Assembly: GCF_006345805.1 (NCBI RefSeq)
Contig: NC_043010.1
Span: 16,678,001 to 16,742,000 of the forward strand
From: Octopus sinensis
Lineage: Eukaryota
Direction: 5' to 3'
DNA: 64,000 bases
A model generated the notes under the pieces. That model had not been told where the DNA came from. It searched no databases and worked only from the letters and a program-made list of their open reading frames with translations. The position numbers and the translations under genes were made by a program. Of this stretch, positions 37,102-50,049 are shown one piece after another; within the stretch, counting starts at the first letter, position 1, and each line of letters starts with the position of its first letter.

Positions 37102-38523
37102 CTATGCGGAACTGATGCAGGAAGCAGCCCGGGTCTTTGCAGTCACAGCATATCTCCAGAGATCTCGGCCCTTTGCCATTGCCTCAGTGAGGCCCAACAC
37201 TCTGAGGTCATGCTTGACTACCTCATCCCATGTCTTCCTGGGTCTACCTCTCCCCCTGATACCTTCAACTGTTTGGGAGTGGCACTTCTTCACACATCTC
37301 TCCTCATCCATCCGCAGCACATGACCATACCATCGCAAGCGTCGCTCTTGCACACCACATCTGATGCTTCTTATATCCAGCATTTCTCTCAGGGTGCTTA
37401 CACTCTGTCGTGCATGCACACTGACATTACACATCCAGCGGATCATGCTAGCTTCATTTCTTTCAAGTCTACGCATGTCCTCTGCAGTCACAGCCCATGT
37501 TTCACTACCGTGAAGCATGGCAGTTCGCACACATGCATCATACAATCTACCTTTCGCTATGAGGGAGAGACCCTTTGTCGCCAGTAGGGGTAGGAGCTTT
37601 CTGAACTTTGCCCAGGCTATTCGTATTCTAGTGGTGATACTCTCTGTGCATCCACCTCCACTACTAACTTGGTCACCCAGGTAGCGGAAACTATCAACTA
37701 CTTCTAGTTTCTCTCCCTGGAGTGTGATGGAATCTGTTTTCTGAGTGTCTGTGGTGTCTATTGTCCCTGTGCATCTGCCGCACATGAAAGCTATCTTATC
37801 TGTTAATTTCACTTTAATGTTGCTACACCTCTTGTGCATCCATAGCTTACATTGGGTGCATCTTATGGAGTTTCTACCTACACCTTTCCTACAGATCGAG
37901 CAGGGCCACCTGCCCGAGGGGGTGTGTGCTGAGTTCGCCTTTCTGCTTACTATAACTTTGGTCTTTGCTACATTTACTCTAAGGCCCTTTGATTCTAACC
38001 CTTGCTTCCACACCTGAAGTTTCTTTTCTAGTTCCGGTAGTGATTCTGCTATGAGAGCCAGGTCATCAGCATAGAGAAGCTCCCAGGGGCATCCTGTTTT
38101 GAATTCCTCTGTTATTGCCTGGAGGACTATGACGAATAAAAGGGGACTGAGGGCTGAGCCTTGGTGCACACCTACTTCTACCCGGAATTCTTCACTATAT
38201 TCGTTGCCAATCCTAACCTTGCTGACAGCCTCTCTGTATAGAGCCTGTACAGCCCTTATTAGCCATTCGTCAATCTCCAGTTTCCGCATCGACCACCAGA
38301 TAAGGGAACGGGGAACCCTGTCAAAGGCTTTCTCCAAGTCCACAAAGGCTATGTAGAGGGGTTTATCTTTAGCTAGGTACTTCTCCTGCAGTTGTCGGAC
38401 CAGGAATATAGCATCAGTGGTGCTTCTACCCGGCACAAAACCGAACTGCATTTCATCTAAGCAAATTCTCTCCCTAATGAGATGGGTTATGACCCTCTCT
38501 GTGACCTTCATCACCTGATCCAA
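37102..38523 (-). pseudogene. RTE reverse transcriptase and C-terminus, with an internal PHD-type finger
   Basis: 473-aa ORF; YADD at aa 151-154; C4HC3 cluster at aa 208-251; separated from the upstream ORF by a frameshift near 38661. Confidence 0.92.
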
Positions 38524-38654
38524 CAGTTTGATACCCCTGTAGTTATTTCTATCTAGAGCATCACCCTTACCCTTGTAGCAGTTGACTATGGTGCTGCTAC
38601 GCCAGTCATTGGGTATGACTCCATTATGAACTACCTGGTTTACAATGCGGGTGA

Positions 38655-39970
38655 CTAGGCATAGCCCACATAGCCAGCTGTTTTAAGCATCTCAGCAGTG
38701 ATTCCTGATGGGTCGGGGGCTTTACCTGGTTTCATATCCTTAATTGCCTTAACTACAAGGGAGCTGTCTATTCGGGTAGCTGGTCCCTCTACTGGGTCAA
38801 CATTTGGCAGGCTCTCCTCCTCCCATTCATTCTCCTCATTCAGCAGTCTTTCATAATGGCTTCTCCAAGCCTCTTTCTTTTCACTAACAGTAAAAGCAAG
38901 TGCCCCATCATCCATGCGGACACATTTCTCTCCTGTAACATCACTATTTTCTCTGACACACTGTCTGGCAATCCGAAATACCTCAGCTCTTTGGTCCTCA
39001 CGTCGCTGGACATTGGCAAACTTCTTCTTTTCTGCTACATCTTTGGCTATGTATACCTGCCGCCCAGCCTCCCTTTTGGCTACCTGGTACAGTTCCCTGC
39101 TGCCCCCATCCCTCCAGGCTTTCCAGGCCCGTCTCTTTGCACTAATGGCTTTGTCTACTGCACTATTCCACCACCACGTAACTCTAGGTCTGGAAGGGAC
39201 TTTGCACCATCCACAGACTCGGTCTGTGGCACTCAGCAAGCTGTCCCGTAGGAATTCCCAGCTACCTTCTATGTCCAACGTCTGAAGCTCCTCCTCCCTC
39301 TCATCAAATTTCTTGATGAGTATGTCCCTAAATCTCTGACCATGTGAAGGGTTCTTTAGCTTCCAAATCCTTCTTTTCTGGATTGGTTTGTTTCTTGGAG
39401 TCCTTCTGGCCTCAAGCTTAAAGTCACTGATGATTAGTCTATGCTGAGGGATACATTCTTCACCCGGGAGGGTCTTTGTATTCAAGAGCGACCCTGCATC
39501 CCGCTGTCTGGTGAGGATGAAGTCTATTTGGCTAGCGGAGTCTCCTGACTGATAGGTTATAAGGTGGCAGTCAGGCTTCTTGAAGTTAGTGTTGCAGATT
39601 AAAAGGTTACATGCATCACAGAATTCCAGTAGTCTAGTTCCTTCATCATTTCTGGTGCCAATACCATGGCCACCGTGTACCCCAGTGAAGATACCCGATT
39701 CCCGCCCAACATGCCCATTAAAATCTCCACCCACAAAGATGAGGTCCTTGCCACTAGTCTTTGAAGTAGCCTGTAGAAGGGTATCATAAAAGTGGTCCTT
39801 CTGATCAGTCCCGCTTGTGGGGCATAGGCGGAGATAATCGTAGCTGTGCCACTCTGTAGGACCAACCTGAGCTTAAGCACTCTATCGCAAACCCTGATAA
39901 CCTCTATGACCTTATCCACCCATTTCTCCACAAGGAGAATGCCTACACCCCCTACACCTTCCATGTTACC
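38655..39970 (-). pseudogene. RTE AP endonuclease and linker
   Basis: ORFs 39599..40003 (homologous part only up to AYAPQAGL) and 38655..39734; frameshift near 39805. Confidence 0.9.
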
Positions 39971-40134
39971 TTGCCAGATAATCAAAATAAGCAATATAAT
40001 CACCCCATTTTGAATTATATGGATAATGCCATACTAAATTCTGGTGCCTCAACTTAAGTACCATATTCATCTGTCTTTAGGAAATGTATTTAACCCATGG
40101 ATGGGCACTACTGTTCTGCGTCAGAACTGAACCT

Positions 40135-40437
40135 GTTGTTGTTTGTTCTTTCTCGTGCCATACCTGGCTCATAAGGGCCGGTTTCCTTAGAGTATAGGTT
40201 TCCCACCTGGACGGGACACCGGTCCATCGCAGGTGAGCTGCAAGATGCAGGAGGAAAGACTGAGAGAAAGTTGTGGTGAAAGAGTCAGCAGAAGTTTCGC
40301 CATTATCTTCTGCCGGAGCCGCGTGGGCCTTAGGTGTTTCGCTCATAAACACACACATCGTCTGGTCTGAGATTCGAACCTGCGATCCCTCGACCACGAG
40401 TCCGCTGCTCTAACCACTAGGCCATGTGCCTCCACAG
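40135..40437 (-). mobile_element. SINE family D head with a distinct tail (tail F)
   Basis: Minus-strand head GTGGAGGCACATGGCCTAGTGGTTAGAGCAGCGGACTCG...GGTTCGAATC; tail CCTGCGATGGACCGGTGTCCCGTCCAGG...AACAAACAAC. Confidence 0.75.
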
Positions 40438-40496
40438 AACTGATCCTGGGAGTAATGGTAGTTAAAGGGTCACTCCATACTCCTGACAACTTCAGA

Positions 40497-40532
<36 letters not shown>

Positions 40533-40920
40533 GCATACACCCACACACATGCATATCTTGTTACAAAACGAAGCAACAACATGATCACATTTGTCCGTTT
40601 TTGCTTTTGTCAGAGAGACATTACTACAGTGGTGCCTTTGAAGACATTAAACTGGTTAGAGACACAGTTGAAAGCAGGTGACATAATTCAATCACTCCTT
40701 GTTTACTCAGGCCTTTGTGTATATAAATCACACATTATACATACACAGAACAGTGTCTATTAAATTCATCAGGGCAATTACGATGCTGTAATTACATTGC
40801 AAGTCAATATACTGTCGATGAAGTCATAATCAGGCTTTTTTTAATCTACACAGCAAAAGCACAAAACGTTATTTACAATTTTTATTTGATGTGTGTACGC
40901 TGTGTGTGTGTGTGTATGTA

Positions 40921-40959
<39 letters not shown>

Positions 40960-42234
40960 GTATCTTTTGGAAACATTGGCGACACAAGCTTTTGAGTTTT
41001 TCTAGAAAATAATTTGACTTGCAGGAAAATTTTTCAAAATTAAATGGTGGAGATAATGATAAATTTTGATTATTTTGTATATATACAAAACATGTGTGTG
41101 TATGTGTGTGTTATTTGATGGGTAAAATACACAACAGCAGTTATGTACATTTAGAGAACGTCTGAAAATTCAATTTACCAGAAGCTAAAATGATCATCTT
41201 TGTATGTGAATATTTCCTATACAATATATTCAACAAATATAAAAACATCACCAAATAGACTTATTGAAATGGAATGGTTCAGATACTGATAACAACCCAA
41301 GTAGTTTTTAACATCTACAAAAATTTTCTCTATGAAGATTCAATAAGTATTTCTCTGGGACACACACACACTTTATATCTGCCACGTAAAGACATTGTGA
41401 TCTTAATAAATTCTGTTTACCAAACAATATAGAACCTTTCCATCCATGTCTCACTTTCCCTCCCATCTTTCATCTTTCTTCTGTCTTCATACTCACTTCT
41501 ATTCACCTTGTTGGACATATTAACCTTCATACATTATCATCATAGTAACCCCCTATTTTTGCACCTCTCTGCCCATCCATCCGTGTAAAATGCTGAATCA
41601 GCATGAATCTCCACCACAATAAACCCCTCCCTGTTTCCCACCTCCATCATACTTTAACCTCTCAACGCCTCACATAAATCAGCCACCCTCTCTCCCCTAT
41701 TCTCCCTCATATTTGAAGGGACTCTTTAATCTTGCAAGTCAGAAAGTATGCTCAGTAAAATGGATGGCCTTTAGGAATGGCATCTGGCCATGGAATCAAT
41801 GCCAAACACTCAAGCAAGGCATTATTCTCACATCTGTTGAATCTTGTCAAAGTAAACAACCCATGTCAGCATGGATGGTGGATCCCAAATGATGAAGATG
41901 ATATCTATCTATACACACACACACACACACACACATATATGTATGTATACATGATGGCTGTCTACTCACTGGATGAGCAAAATGTCCATTGCTGCCAGAC
42001 AAGTGTCAGCCATGCCTAAACAAGGATTAGAAGTTGATTGTGGCTTGCACAATACTGTAATGACTCTTACGAGCAAAGCCAAGGAACCTAGAGACAAGCA
42101 AGGCTTTGCACATGAGCAGCCTTCTCTTAGAGGGATGCCTTAACAAAGGCCAGGGGTCCCTCATCCCCAGTGGGCTTACTGGGCCCTCAGACATCAATCT
42201 GAGTATTTCTATATTCCAGTGCTCATATGCTAGT

Positions 42235-42395
42235 TAACCTATGGCTGGAACCCTCACAGGTGCTACAACTCCAGGTCGGAGTTGATTGGGGAACAATAGT
42301 AGCTAAGACGGGGTTCCAAACTCCTTAAAAGTTCCGAATGCCTGAACCACGGCTCTGCACCTAATGGATGCAGTTTAAAGTCACACCCAGAACCA
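42235..42395 (+). mobile_element. Fragment of another abundant retroposon 3' end
   Basis: CAGGTGCTACAACTCCAGGTCGGAGTTGATTGGGGAACAAT...GGATGCAGTTTAAAGTCACACCCAGAAC, recalled as a common octopus repeat; related fragment near 40440. Confidence 0.45.
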
Positions 42396-42398
42396 TAT

Positions 42399-42585
42399 AT
42401 GTCATCAGCGTTTAATGTCAGTTTTCCATGCTGGCATGGGTTGGACAGTTTGACCAGAGCTGACAAGCCGGAGAGCTGCACCAGGCTCCGGTCTGATATG
42501 GCTTGGTTTCTATAGCTGGATGCCCTTCCTAATGCCAGCCATTTTACAGAATGTGTTGGGTTCTTTTAACATGCAACTGGGACAG
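42399..42585 (-). mobile_element. RTE 3' end
   Basis: Matches the conserved terminal block. Confidence 0.8.
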
Positions 42586-42714
42586 GACCCTTCCAGACCA
42601 ATCCTTTCCACGAGGGAGAGTGGCCTTAACAGTTCTGCTATGAAATACGGGCCCTCTTGAGTACAGCAAGACACCAGGTACCTCAGTCCGTTGTCATCCC
42701 ATCTGAAAAGTTCA

Positions 42715-43015
42715 GAGGTTGTGAGCTCGAATCCCGGACCGGGCTGCGTGTTGTGTTCTTGAGCAAGACGCTTTATTTCACGTTGCTCCAGTTCACTCAG
42801 CTGTAGAAATGAGTTGCGACGTCACAGGTGCCAAGCTGTATCGACCTTTGTCTTTCCCTTCGATAACACTGGTGGCGTGGAGAGGGGAGGCCAGTATGCA
42901 TGGGCGACTACTGGTCTTCCATAAAAACAACCTTGCCCAGACTTGTGCCTCAGAGGGTAACTCTCTAGGTGCAAACCCATGGTCACTCATGACTGAAGGG
43001 GGTCTTTACCTGTGC
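42715..43015 (+). mobile_element. SINE family C, slightly 5'-truncated
   Basis: Matches 10260-10535. Confidence 0.85.
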
Positions 43016-43023
43016 TTTAGCAC

Positions 43024-43440
43024 TTAATCCCATGTCTTCCCAAGTCTCCCTCTTCCGTAAGTTCCATCCACTTTGAGTGATTGAAACTTCTTTATAAAGC
43101 TGCTGTCATCCACCTGCATCATGTGACCCAACCATCTCAGTCTTCTCTCTCGCTCACTGTATCTAATTCCTGTCCAATACATCAACAATGTTGCAACACT
43201 TACATCACGCATGCCCTGGTGGGGCATACTAGCCTCATTCCTGTCTAACCTTTGCATGTTGCCTACATTCAGGGCCTACATTTCTCTACCATGTAGAATT
43301 GCTGTTTGTATGCATGCATCTTACAATCTTCCTCCCACTTAGAGAGAGAAACTTCTGGTTGCCAACAGAGGTAAAACCTCTCCAAATTTTTTCCATCCTA
43401 TTTTTACTCCAGCTATTACACTTTCTGTACATCCTCCCCG
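43024..43440 (-). pseudogene. Old RTE ORF2 C-terminal fragment
   Basis: GGCTESVIAGVKIGWKKFGEVLPLLAT...RLDRNEASM...RRLRWLGHMM...GRGRLGKTWD. Confidence 0.85.
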
Positions 43441-43462
43441 ACTACATTCACACACATATACA

Positions 43463-43543
<81 letters not shown>

Positions 43544-44558
43544 CCCACGTGCACATATATATGTACATAAACATATATATGAGTGTATACATATGCACAT
43601 AAAAACAACATAAATATACACCTATATATACACGTTTGTATGCACAAACGTTTGTATACACAAACGTTTGTATGTACATTATGATTTCTAACCTAGACAG
43701 AGAATTTGAACAGCCAGCCTCAAAATGTGTGCATGACAAGTCTTATGCACACACACACACACACACATGTATGTATGTATACACCATCTGCATAATAGTA
43801 ATGTGTGATAATGAGGGAAATAGGAAGTGCCTAATTAAAGAAACAATACCTGCCTCCACAAACACTACAACAGCTACCAACCTCACTACTACTACTACTA
43901 CTACTACTACCACAACCCACTCACCACCTCCAGCGCCACCATTAACAGATGACAATGGAGAGACACTATCTATAAAAATACATTTTGTGTCAGGCAAACA
44001 TGGCAGGAGGGGTTGGTGTTTGCTCTAGGGAAGGGCAAAGGGACTTCAACTGTTGTTGTTTATGGTGTTATTATCATCATCGATGCTGTTGTCTTCATAC
44101 TTACCATCATCATCATCATCATTATTGTTAGTAGCATCATGTTTCTTATTATCAACATCATTAGCATTATATTAATTATGGAAATCATCATCATCAACGT
44201 CACCCACTTCATCATTTGATGATCTTCATGAGCAATCCTCATCACTAACAATACCTTCTCCCCCCCTCCGAGTCAGCCCCCCACCTCCACTCCAATCGTT
44301 ATCACTATCGATATTGCTGTCCTGTTAAAGATTATCAAATGACAAAAACAACAAAAATAACAAAAATTCTGGACAAAACCACTTCTCATGTCTGCCTGTT
44401 GTTCCACAATTTCATGCTGAAAAGGTGACACTGAATGTCGTTCCTGAGGAGAGGAGGAAGATGGCAGCAGAAAGGCTTGTCATACACTGCAGTCAATACA
44501 GTACATCAATCCTGACAATTGTAACCAATATGAGGAACCATCACCATTATTATTATTA

Positions 44559-44591
<33 letters not shown>

Positions 44592-45671
44592 GCATAAGTA
44601 TCAGGAAATATTTTGTTAACTATTTTCAACATCATTAAGAATATAATGATGACGAACATAATAATCATAGTTACAAGTAATTAGTGCTCATTGTTAGACC
44701 AAACCTTAGACAATTGTGAAGTACTTTCTTATATGTGTGTGTGTGTGTATATATATGTACATATGTATACATGTGCGTGTGTATGTGTGTAAATGTGCAT
44801 GTCTATGCAACCTACGCATACATGAAGATACTTACAAGCCACATAAATATTAGACAAATGTATTATTGGAAAATAGATGTAATAAAAGCAAATAAAATTA
44901 TCATTAATCCTGTTAGAACAGGAAACTTAAAATAACCTGGTTTAAGCCCCCTTCTACCTAACATGTAATGATGCACTTGGGTAAAATATTTTTCACATTA
45001 CTAAAAAAGAAGTTCTCACCTGGTCACAGATATTATATAATATCACAGAATATTATGTATTTAATTTCATATTTCACGACACCCAGTGAAGAACAATGGC
45101 CTTAGAATGAAAATAGCAACAGCAACAATACATTAGATTTTGTCATTGCAGACATCCTGATAAAAGTCCTTTTGAAATGTATTGGTGAAACTAAGAAGAT
45201 AGATATCAAACTATAGGTAATATAAATCTATACATGCACACACGCACACACACACACAAATCGATTTACAGATATATAAATATATATATAAATGAATAAC
45301 AAAAGAACAGGGTTTATATAATTACTTTCATTGGCTTACAACTGTTTCTGCTATGTGGAGCATTGCACTCAGAGGCGAGTGCTCATGTGACATCTTTGAA
45401 GTATATATTGTTTGCAGAAAGCATTTAAATTCATAGATGTGTGTGTGTGTGCTACTATATATTAGATGCAATATTAATTTACACTGTAGATAACAATGTA
45501 CTGTGAGACTCTGCATGCTCATTCAGCCTACTAGAAATAGCAGTCAAATCTCATTCCAAATCACACCCAACTCTCTTCTAAGATGAAAATGCATATTGTT
45601 TAAGGAATCCCAATATATATTATGGTTGAATAATAGGGATGGTCACAGCTGGAGCAACTTTGATCAAAAGC

Positions 45672-45951
45672 TTACTTAACGTAGTTCTTGGGGAGATTCA
45701 CCGTGACACAGAGTGTGACAAGGCTGGCCTTTTGAAATACAGGTACAACACAAACAGGAAGAAAGAATGAGAGAAAGTTGTGATGAAAGAGTACAGCAAG
45801 GTTCACCACCACCCCCTGCCAGAGCCTCATGGAGCTTTAGGTGTTTTCACTTTATAAACACTCACAATGCCCGGTCTGGGAATCGAAACTGCAACCCTAC
45901 AACCTTGTGTCCGCTTCTGCTGCCCTAACCACTGGGCCATTGCGTCTCCAC

Positions 45952-45952
<1 letters not shown>
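45672..45952 (-). mobile_element. SINE family D
   Basis: Minus-strand head TGTGGAGACGCAATGGCCCAGTGGTTAGGGCAGC...GTTTCGATTCCCAGACCGGGC; tail shared with 16146-16320. Confidence 0.8.
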
Positions 45953-45986
<34 letters not shown>

Positions 45987-45989
<3 letters not shown>

Positions 45990-46215
45990 CTTTACTACCC
46001 ACAAGGGGCTAAACATAGAGGAGACAAACAAGGATAGACAAAGGGATTAAGTCGATTACATCGACCCAGTGTGTAACTGGTACTTAATTTATCGACCCCG
46101 AAAGGATGAAAGGCAAAGTCAACCTCGGCGGAATTTGAACTCAGAACGTAACGGCAGACGAAATACGGCTACGCATGTCGGCCAGAGTGCTAACGGTTCT
46201 GCCAGCTCGCCGCCT
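45987..46215 (-). mobile_element. SINE family A, full length
   Basis: Reverse complement of the 14890 pattern. Confidence 0.9.
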
Positions 46216-46236
46216 TTTATATATATATACATATAT

Positions 46237-46295
<59 letters not shown>

Positions 46296-46947
46296 CATAC
46301 ACACACTCACACGTATACACACACACACATATAAATAAATACATGTGTATGTGTGTATGCGCATGTGTATTTATTGCAAAATGAATCCCTGACCTCATGA
46401 CTGGTTGTCTGATTCACAATTGATTTATCTGAGATCTTATACACCCCCCCACCACCAACAACAACAACAAGCATACAGATGCATCTACAGATATATACAT
46501 ACATATTTGTTGATATCTGAAAAAACATAATATATACACATATGTACACATACATATCATCATTAACATTACCATCATCATCATCAGCATCTCTGTGTTG
46601 GGAATTTGATATATATATATATGCACACATGCATATCTATGGGCACATATGCATACAAATGCACACACATCTACACACTAACATGAATGTATGTGTGCAA
46701 TTACACATACATATAAATAAATTTATATATATATATATACATGTATATATGAATTTATATATGTATGTGTGTGTGCGTATGTAAACATATACATATATAC
46801 ACATATGTACACATATGATTGGAACAAAAACAATCTCATAAGCCTGTTTCAATCCAGAGAGAGAAAGAGAGAGATGGAAAGATAGAGATAAAAGAGGAAA
46901 GAAGGAGAGAGAAGGTGGGGCATTAGAGGTGTTGTTGTTGTTGTTGT

Positions 46948-46994
<47 letters not shown>

Positions 46995-47514
46995 TTGGAT
47001 GGATTAAAATATTTAGAATTCAGAAATTCATGGAGTCCAAATAATTAAACAACAACAACCAAGTTAAGATTAATCAAATTTAAAAATTTATATCAAGAAT
47101 AGATTTTTATGTAAAAGTGGGAATGGAAAGCGGGTGATTCAGGAAAAGATTTTTTTTGGGAAAAAAACATCATTTTAAATATATTTTTGCTTTTAGTTGT
47201 GTACTCCCCCCCCCCCCATTCTAAAATTGGTTTCTTGTTTATAATTGTTTCATTAAAGCGAAATCTAAAAGTAACCAAATCTCTCTGGTTCATGTGAGCA
47301 TGAGAGGTGGGGGTGTGTGTGTGTGTGTGTATGGGGGAGAGATAGAGTGTGTGTGAATGTATAGTGAAAGGCAGAACGGGTATAAGAAGTGGGGGGGGGA
47401 TGAAAACGAGAAAGTGTATGACATGGGTATCAATGCGGTGGGAGAAAAAGAGAGCAAGGTAGAGAGGGTGAATATGTGATTATATACATACATACATACA
47501 TACATGCATACATG

Positions 47515-47591
<77 letters not shown>

Positions 47592-48052
47592 TATGAATGC
47601 AGAGAGAATGAGAAAAAAGAAAAGAAGATAAAGAAAGAGAGTATTTTGAGAGAAGGGAAGAAGGAGCAAATGAAGGTAAAGGAAGTATAAATAGAGAGGG
47701 GAAGAGTTGTTGAGGAATGGAAAATACAGTGAGAAAGAGAGGGTGGAGGTGTGAGGAGTTTCAGTCTTTTGGTTGTGACCAGGCTGGAGCAGCAGTGCAG
47801 CTTCAGAGGAGAGCAGAGAGAGACAGCAGGGGAGGGAACATGATAATGTTACTGATTAGTGTTAGGAAGTAGAGGCCTGGGAATGGAAGTCTGGATTTGT
47901 TGCTGTTTAGGTATAACGAAATACAAAAATATCAGCACCAGAGCATTGCATGTAAAACAATGCCTTGTTCTGTGCACAGTTCCACTGCGTGGCACCTAGG
48001 GCAAGTGTCTTCTACGAGTGGATTTGGTAGATGGTAACTGATAGAAGTCTGT

Positions 48053-48089
<37 letters not shown>

Positions 48090-48097
<8 letters not shown>

Positions 48098-48383
48098 ATC
48101 CCGTGACCGACCAGACCATCAGATGTTGTTACACATCGCTGGTCACAATGCATTCGCATTGTTTTAGCCTTCGAATGACGCCACCCCGCTGGCTAAGCGA
48201 GCAGGCCAACAGAGGAAAGAGTGGTAAAAGAGTACAGCAGAGATCACCACCCCCTGCCGGAGCGTCGTGGAGCTTTTTTAGGTGTTTTCGCTCAATAAAC
48301 ACTTACAACGCCCGGTCTGGGAATCGAAACCGCAATCCTGCGACCGCGAGTCCGCTGCCCTAACCACTGGGCCATTGCACCTC

Positions 48384-48386
<3 letters not shown>
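48090..48386 (-). mobile_element. SINE family D head with tail E
   Basis: Head as at 45952; tail equals 27980-28095. Confidence 0.8.
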
Positions 48387-48431
<45 letters not shown>

Positions 48432-49215
48432 AGTGCAGGCATGGTGTGTCTACGTCCCCGTAACTTAGTGGTTTGACAAAAGAGACTCATAGAATAAGTA
48501 CCGGGCTTACAAAGAATAAGTCTAGGAGTTGATTTCTTCGACTAAAAGGCAGAGCTCCAGCATGGCCACAGTCAAAATGACTGAAAAAAGTGAAAAAATA
48601 AAAGAATATATATGTAATTTTTTCAACTAATGGGTACATGTCAACAAGTGTGTTGAGTAAGTGTGTTCACAGTTTAGCCTGCCTGGTGCCATCCAAGATG
48701 CGGCAGGCATGAACAGTGTGCCTATGACATCTCAGTATATCTAGCAGGACATCCCCTTTATTATTAAGCATGCACTTGATGAGACAAAAGCTGCTCAGAT
48801 TGATGCACCTTAATTAGATGCACAAAAACATCCTACGCATAATGGACAGTTTCAGGATGAGTTGAAATGATTGTCATACTGAATAAAGACTAGGGCCAAA
48901 TCTGTCTTCTGTTTCCTTCATCAATTATTATATACATGTATGCATACATGAGATGAGCTTAGCAGTGCTGGTATCAGGAAAAACCATGGAATACATTCTG
49001 TAAAGTGGTTAGCATTAGGAGAGGCATCCAGCTGTAGAGACCATGCCAAGACTGTGACACTGGAGCAGGATGCAGTCATCCAACATGTTAGATCTTGTAA
49101 AACCACTCAATCCATTCTAGCACAAAAAACATATAAAATTTTGATGATGATGATGAATACAACTTCCCCTTTATACAATATTTAGTATGTGTGTGTGTGT
49201 GTACATATATTTGTG

Positions 49216-49251
<36 letters not shown>

Positions 49252-49252
49252 A

Positions 49253-50049
49253 TGGTGTGTGGAAAAGTGTCAATCCCTAGTGGTTGAGGGAACCCGTGGA
49301 AGAGGTAGAGCCAGGAAAACCTGGGACGAGGTGGTGAAGCACGTCCTTCGAACATTAGGCCTCACTGAGGCAATGACTAGTGACCAAGACTTTTGGAAAT
49401 ATGCTGTGCGTGAGAAGACCCGGCAGGACAAGTGAGTCCATCCCGTGTCCTTTGCCAGGGATGTAGCCAGGCTACTTATAATGCATGCCTTTCCTTCCTT
49501 GGACACGCGGAGACCTGTTGAGGCAAGTGAAGTCGAAATTGAATTCGAAATCGAACCTCATCCGATGACTGGCACCCATGCCAACCTCCCTTCATTGGAC
49601 ACTAAACTCTGCTTGTGAAGACCTGTTGGGGCAAGTGAAATCGGAATCGAAATTGAACCAATCCTATGACTGGCACCCGTCAGTTGCCAGTGCCGCTGGA
49701 TTGACTCCTGTGCAGGTGGCAAGTAAAGAAACACCGTTTCGACCCTGTGCTTGAGGAGACCTATTGAGTCAAGTACATCAACATCAAATTCAATGGAAAT
49801 TGCAGTTGTGATCCCTGTGCCGGTGGCACGTAAAAAACACCAATCCGATCATGGCCATTGCCAGCCTTGCCTGGCACATAAAAAGCACCCACTACACTCA
49901 TGGAGTGGTTGACGTTAGGAGGGGCATCCAGCTGTAGAAACACTGTCAGATAAGACTGGAGTCTGGTGCAGCCATCTGGTTCACCAGTCCTCAGTCAAAT
50001 CGTCCAACTAATGCTAGCATGGAAAGTGGACGTTAAATGATGATGATGA
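49253..50049 (+). mobile_element. RTE 3' fragment: ORF end plus expanded 3' UTR
   Basis: VEKCQSLVVEGTRGRGRARKTWDEVVKHVLRTLGLTEAM...*, three GAGACCTGTTGAG.CAAGT repeats, hairpin units and a (GAT)n tail. Confidence 0.9.

Larger units (their letters stand above)
36598..39972 (-). mobile_element. RTE-clade LINE, 5'-truncated, with complete 3' UTR
   Basis: AP endonuclease (GVGILL, AYAPQ, GGDFNGHVG, QIDFIL, PQHRLII), RT (QFGF, VDLEKAFD, HQGSALSP, YADD, FRYLG), RTE C-terminal GRGRPRKTW, ~500-bp 3' UTR ending in (GAT)n. Confidence 0.95.
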
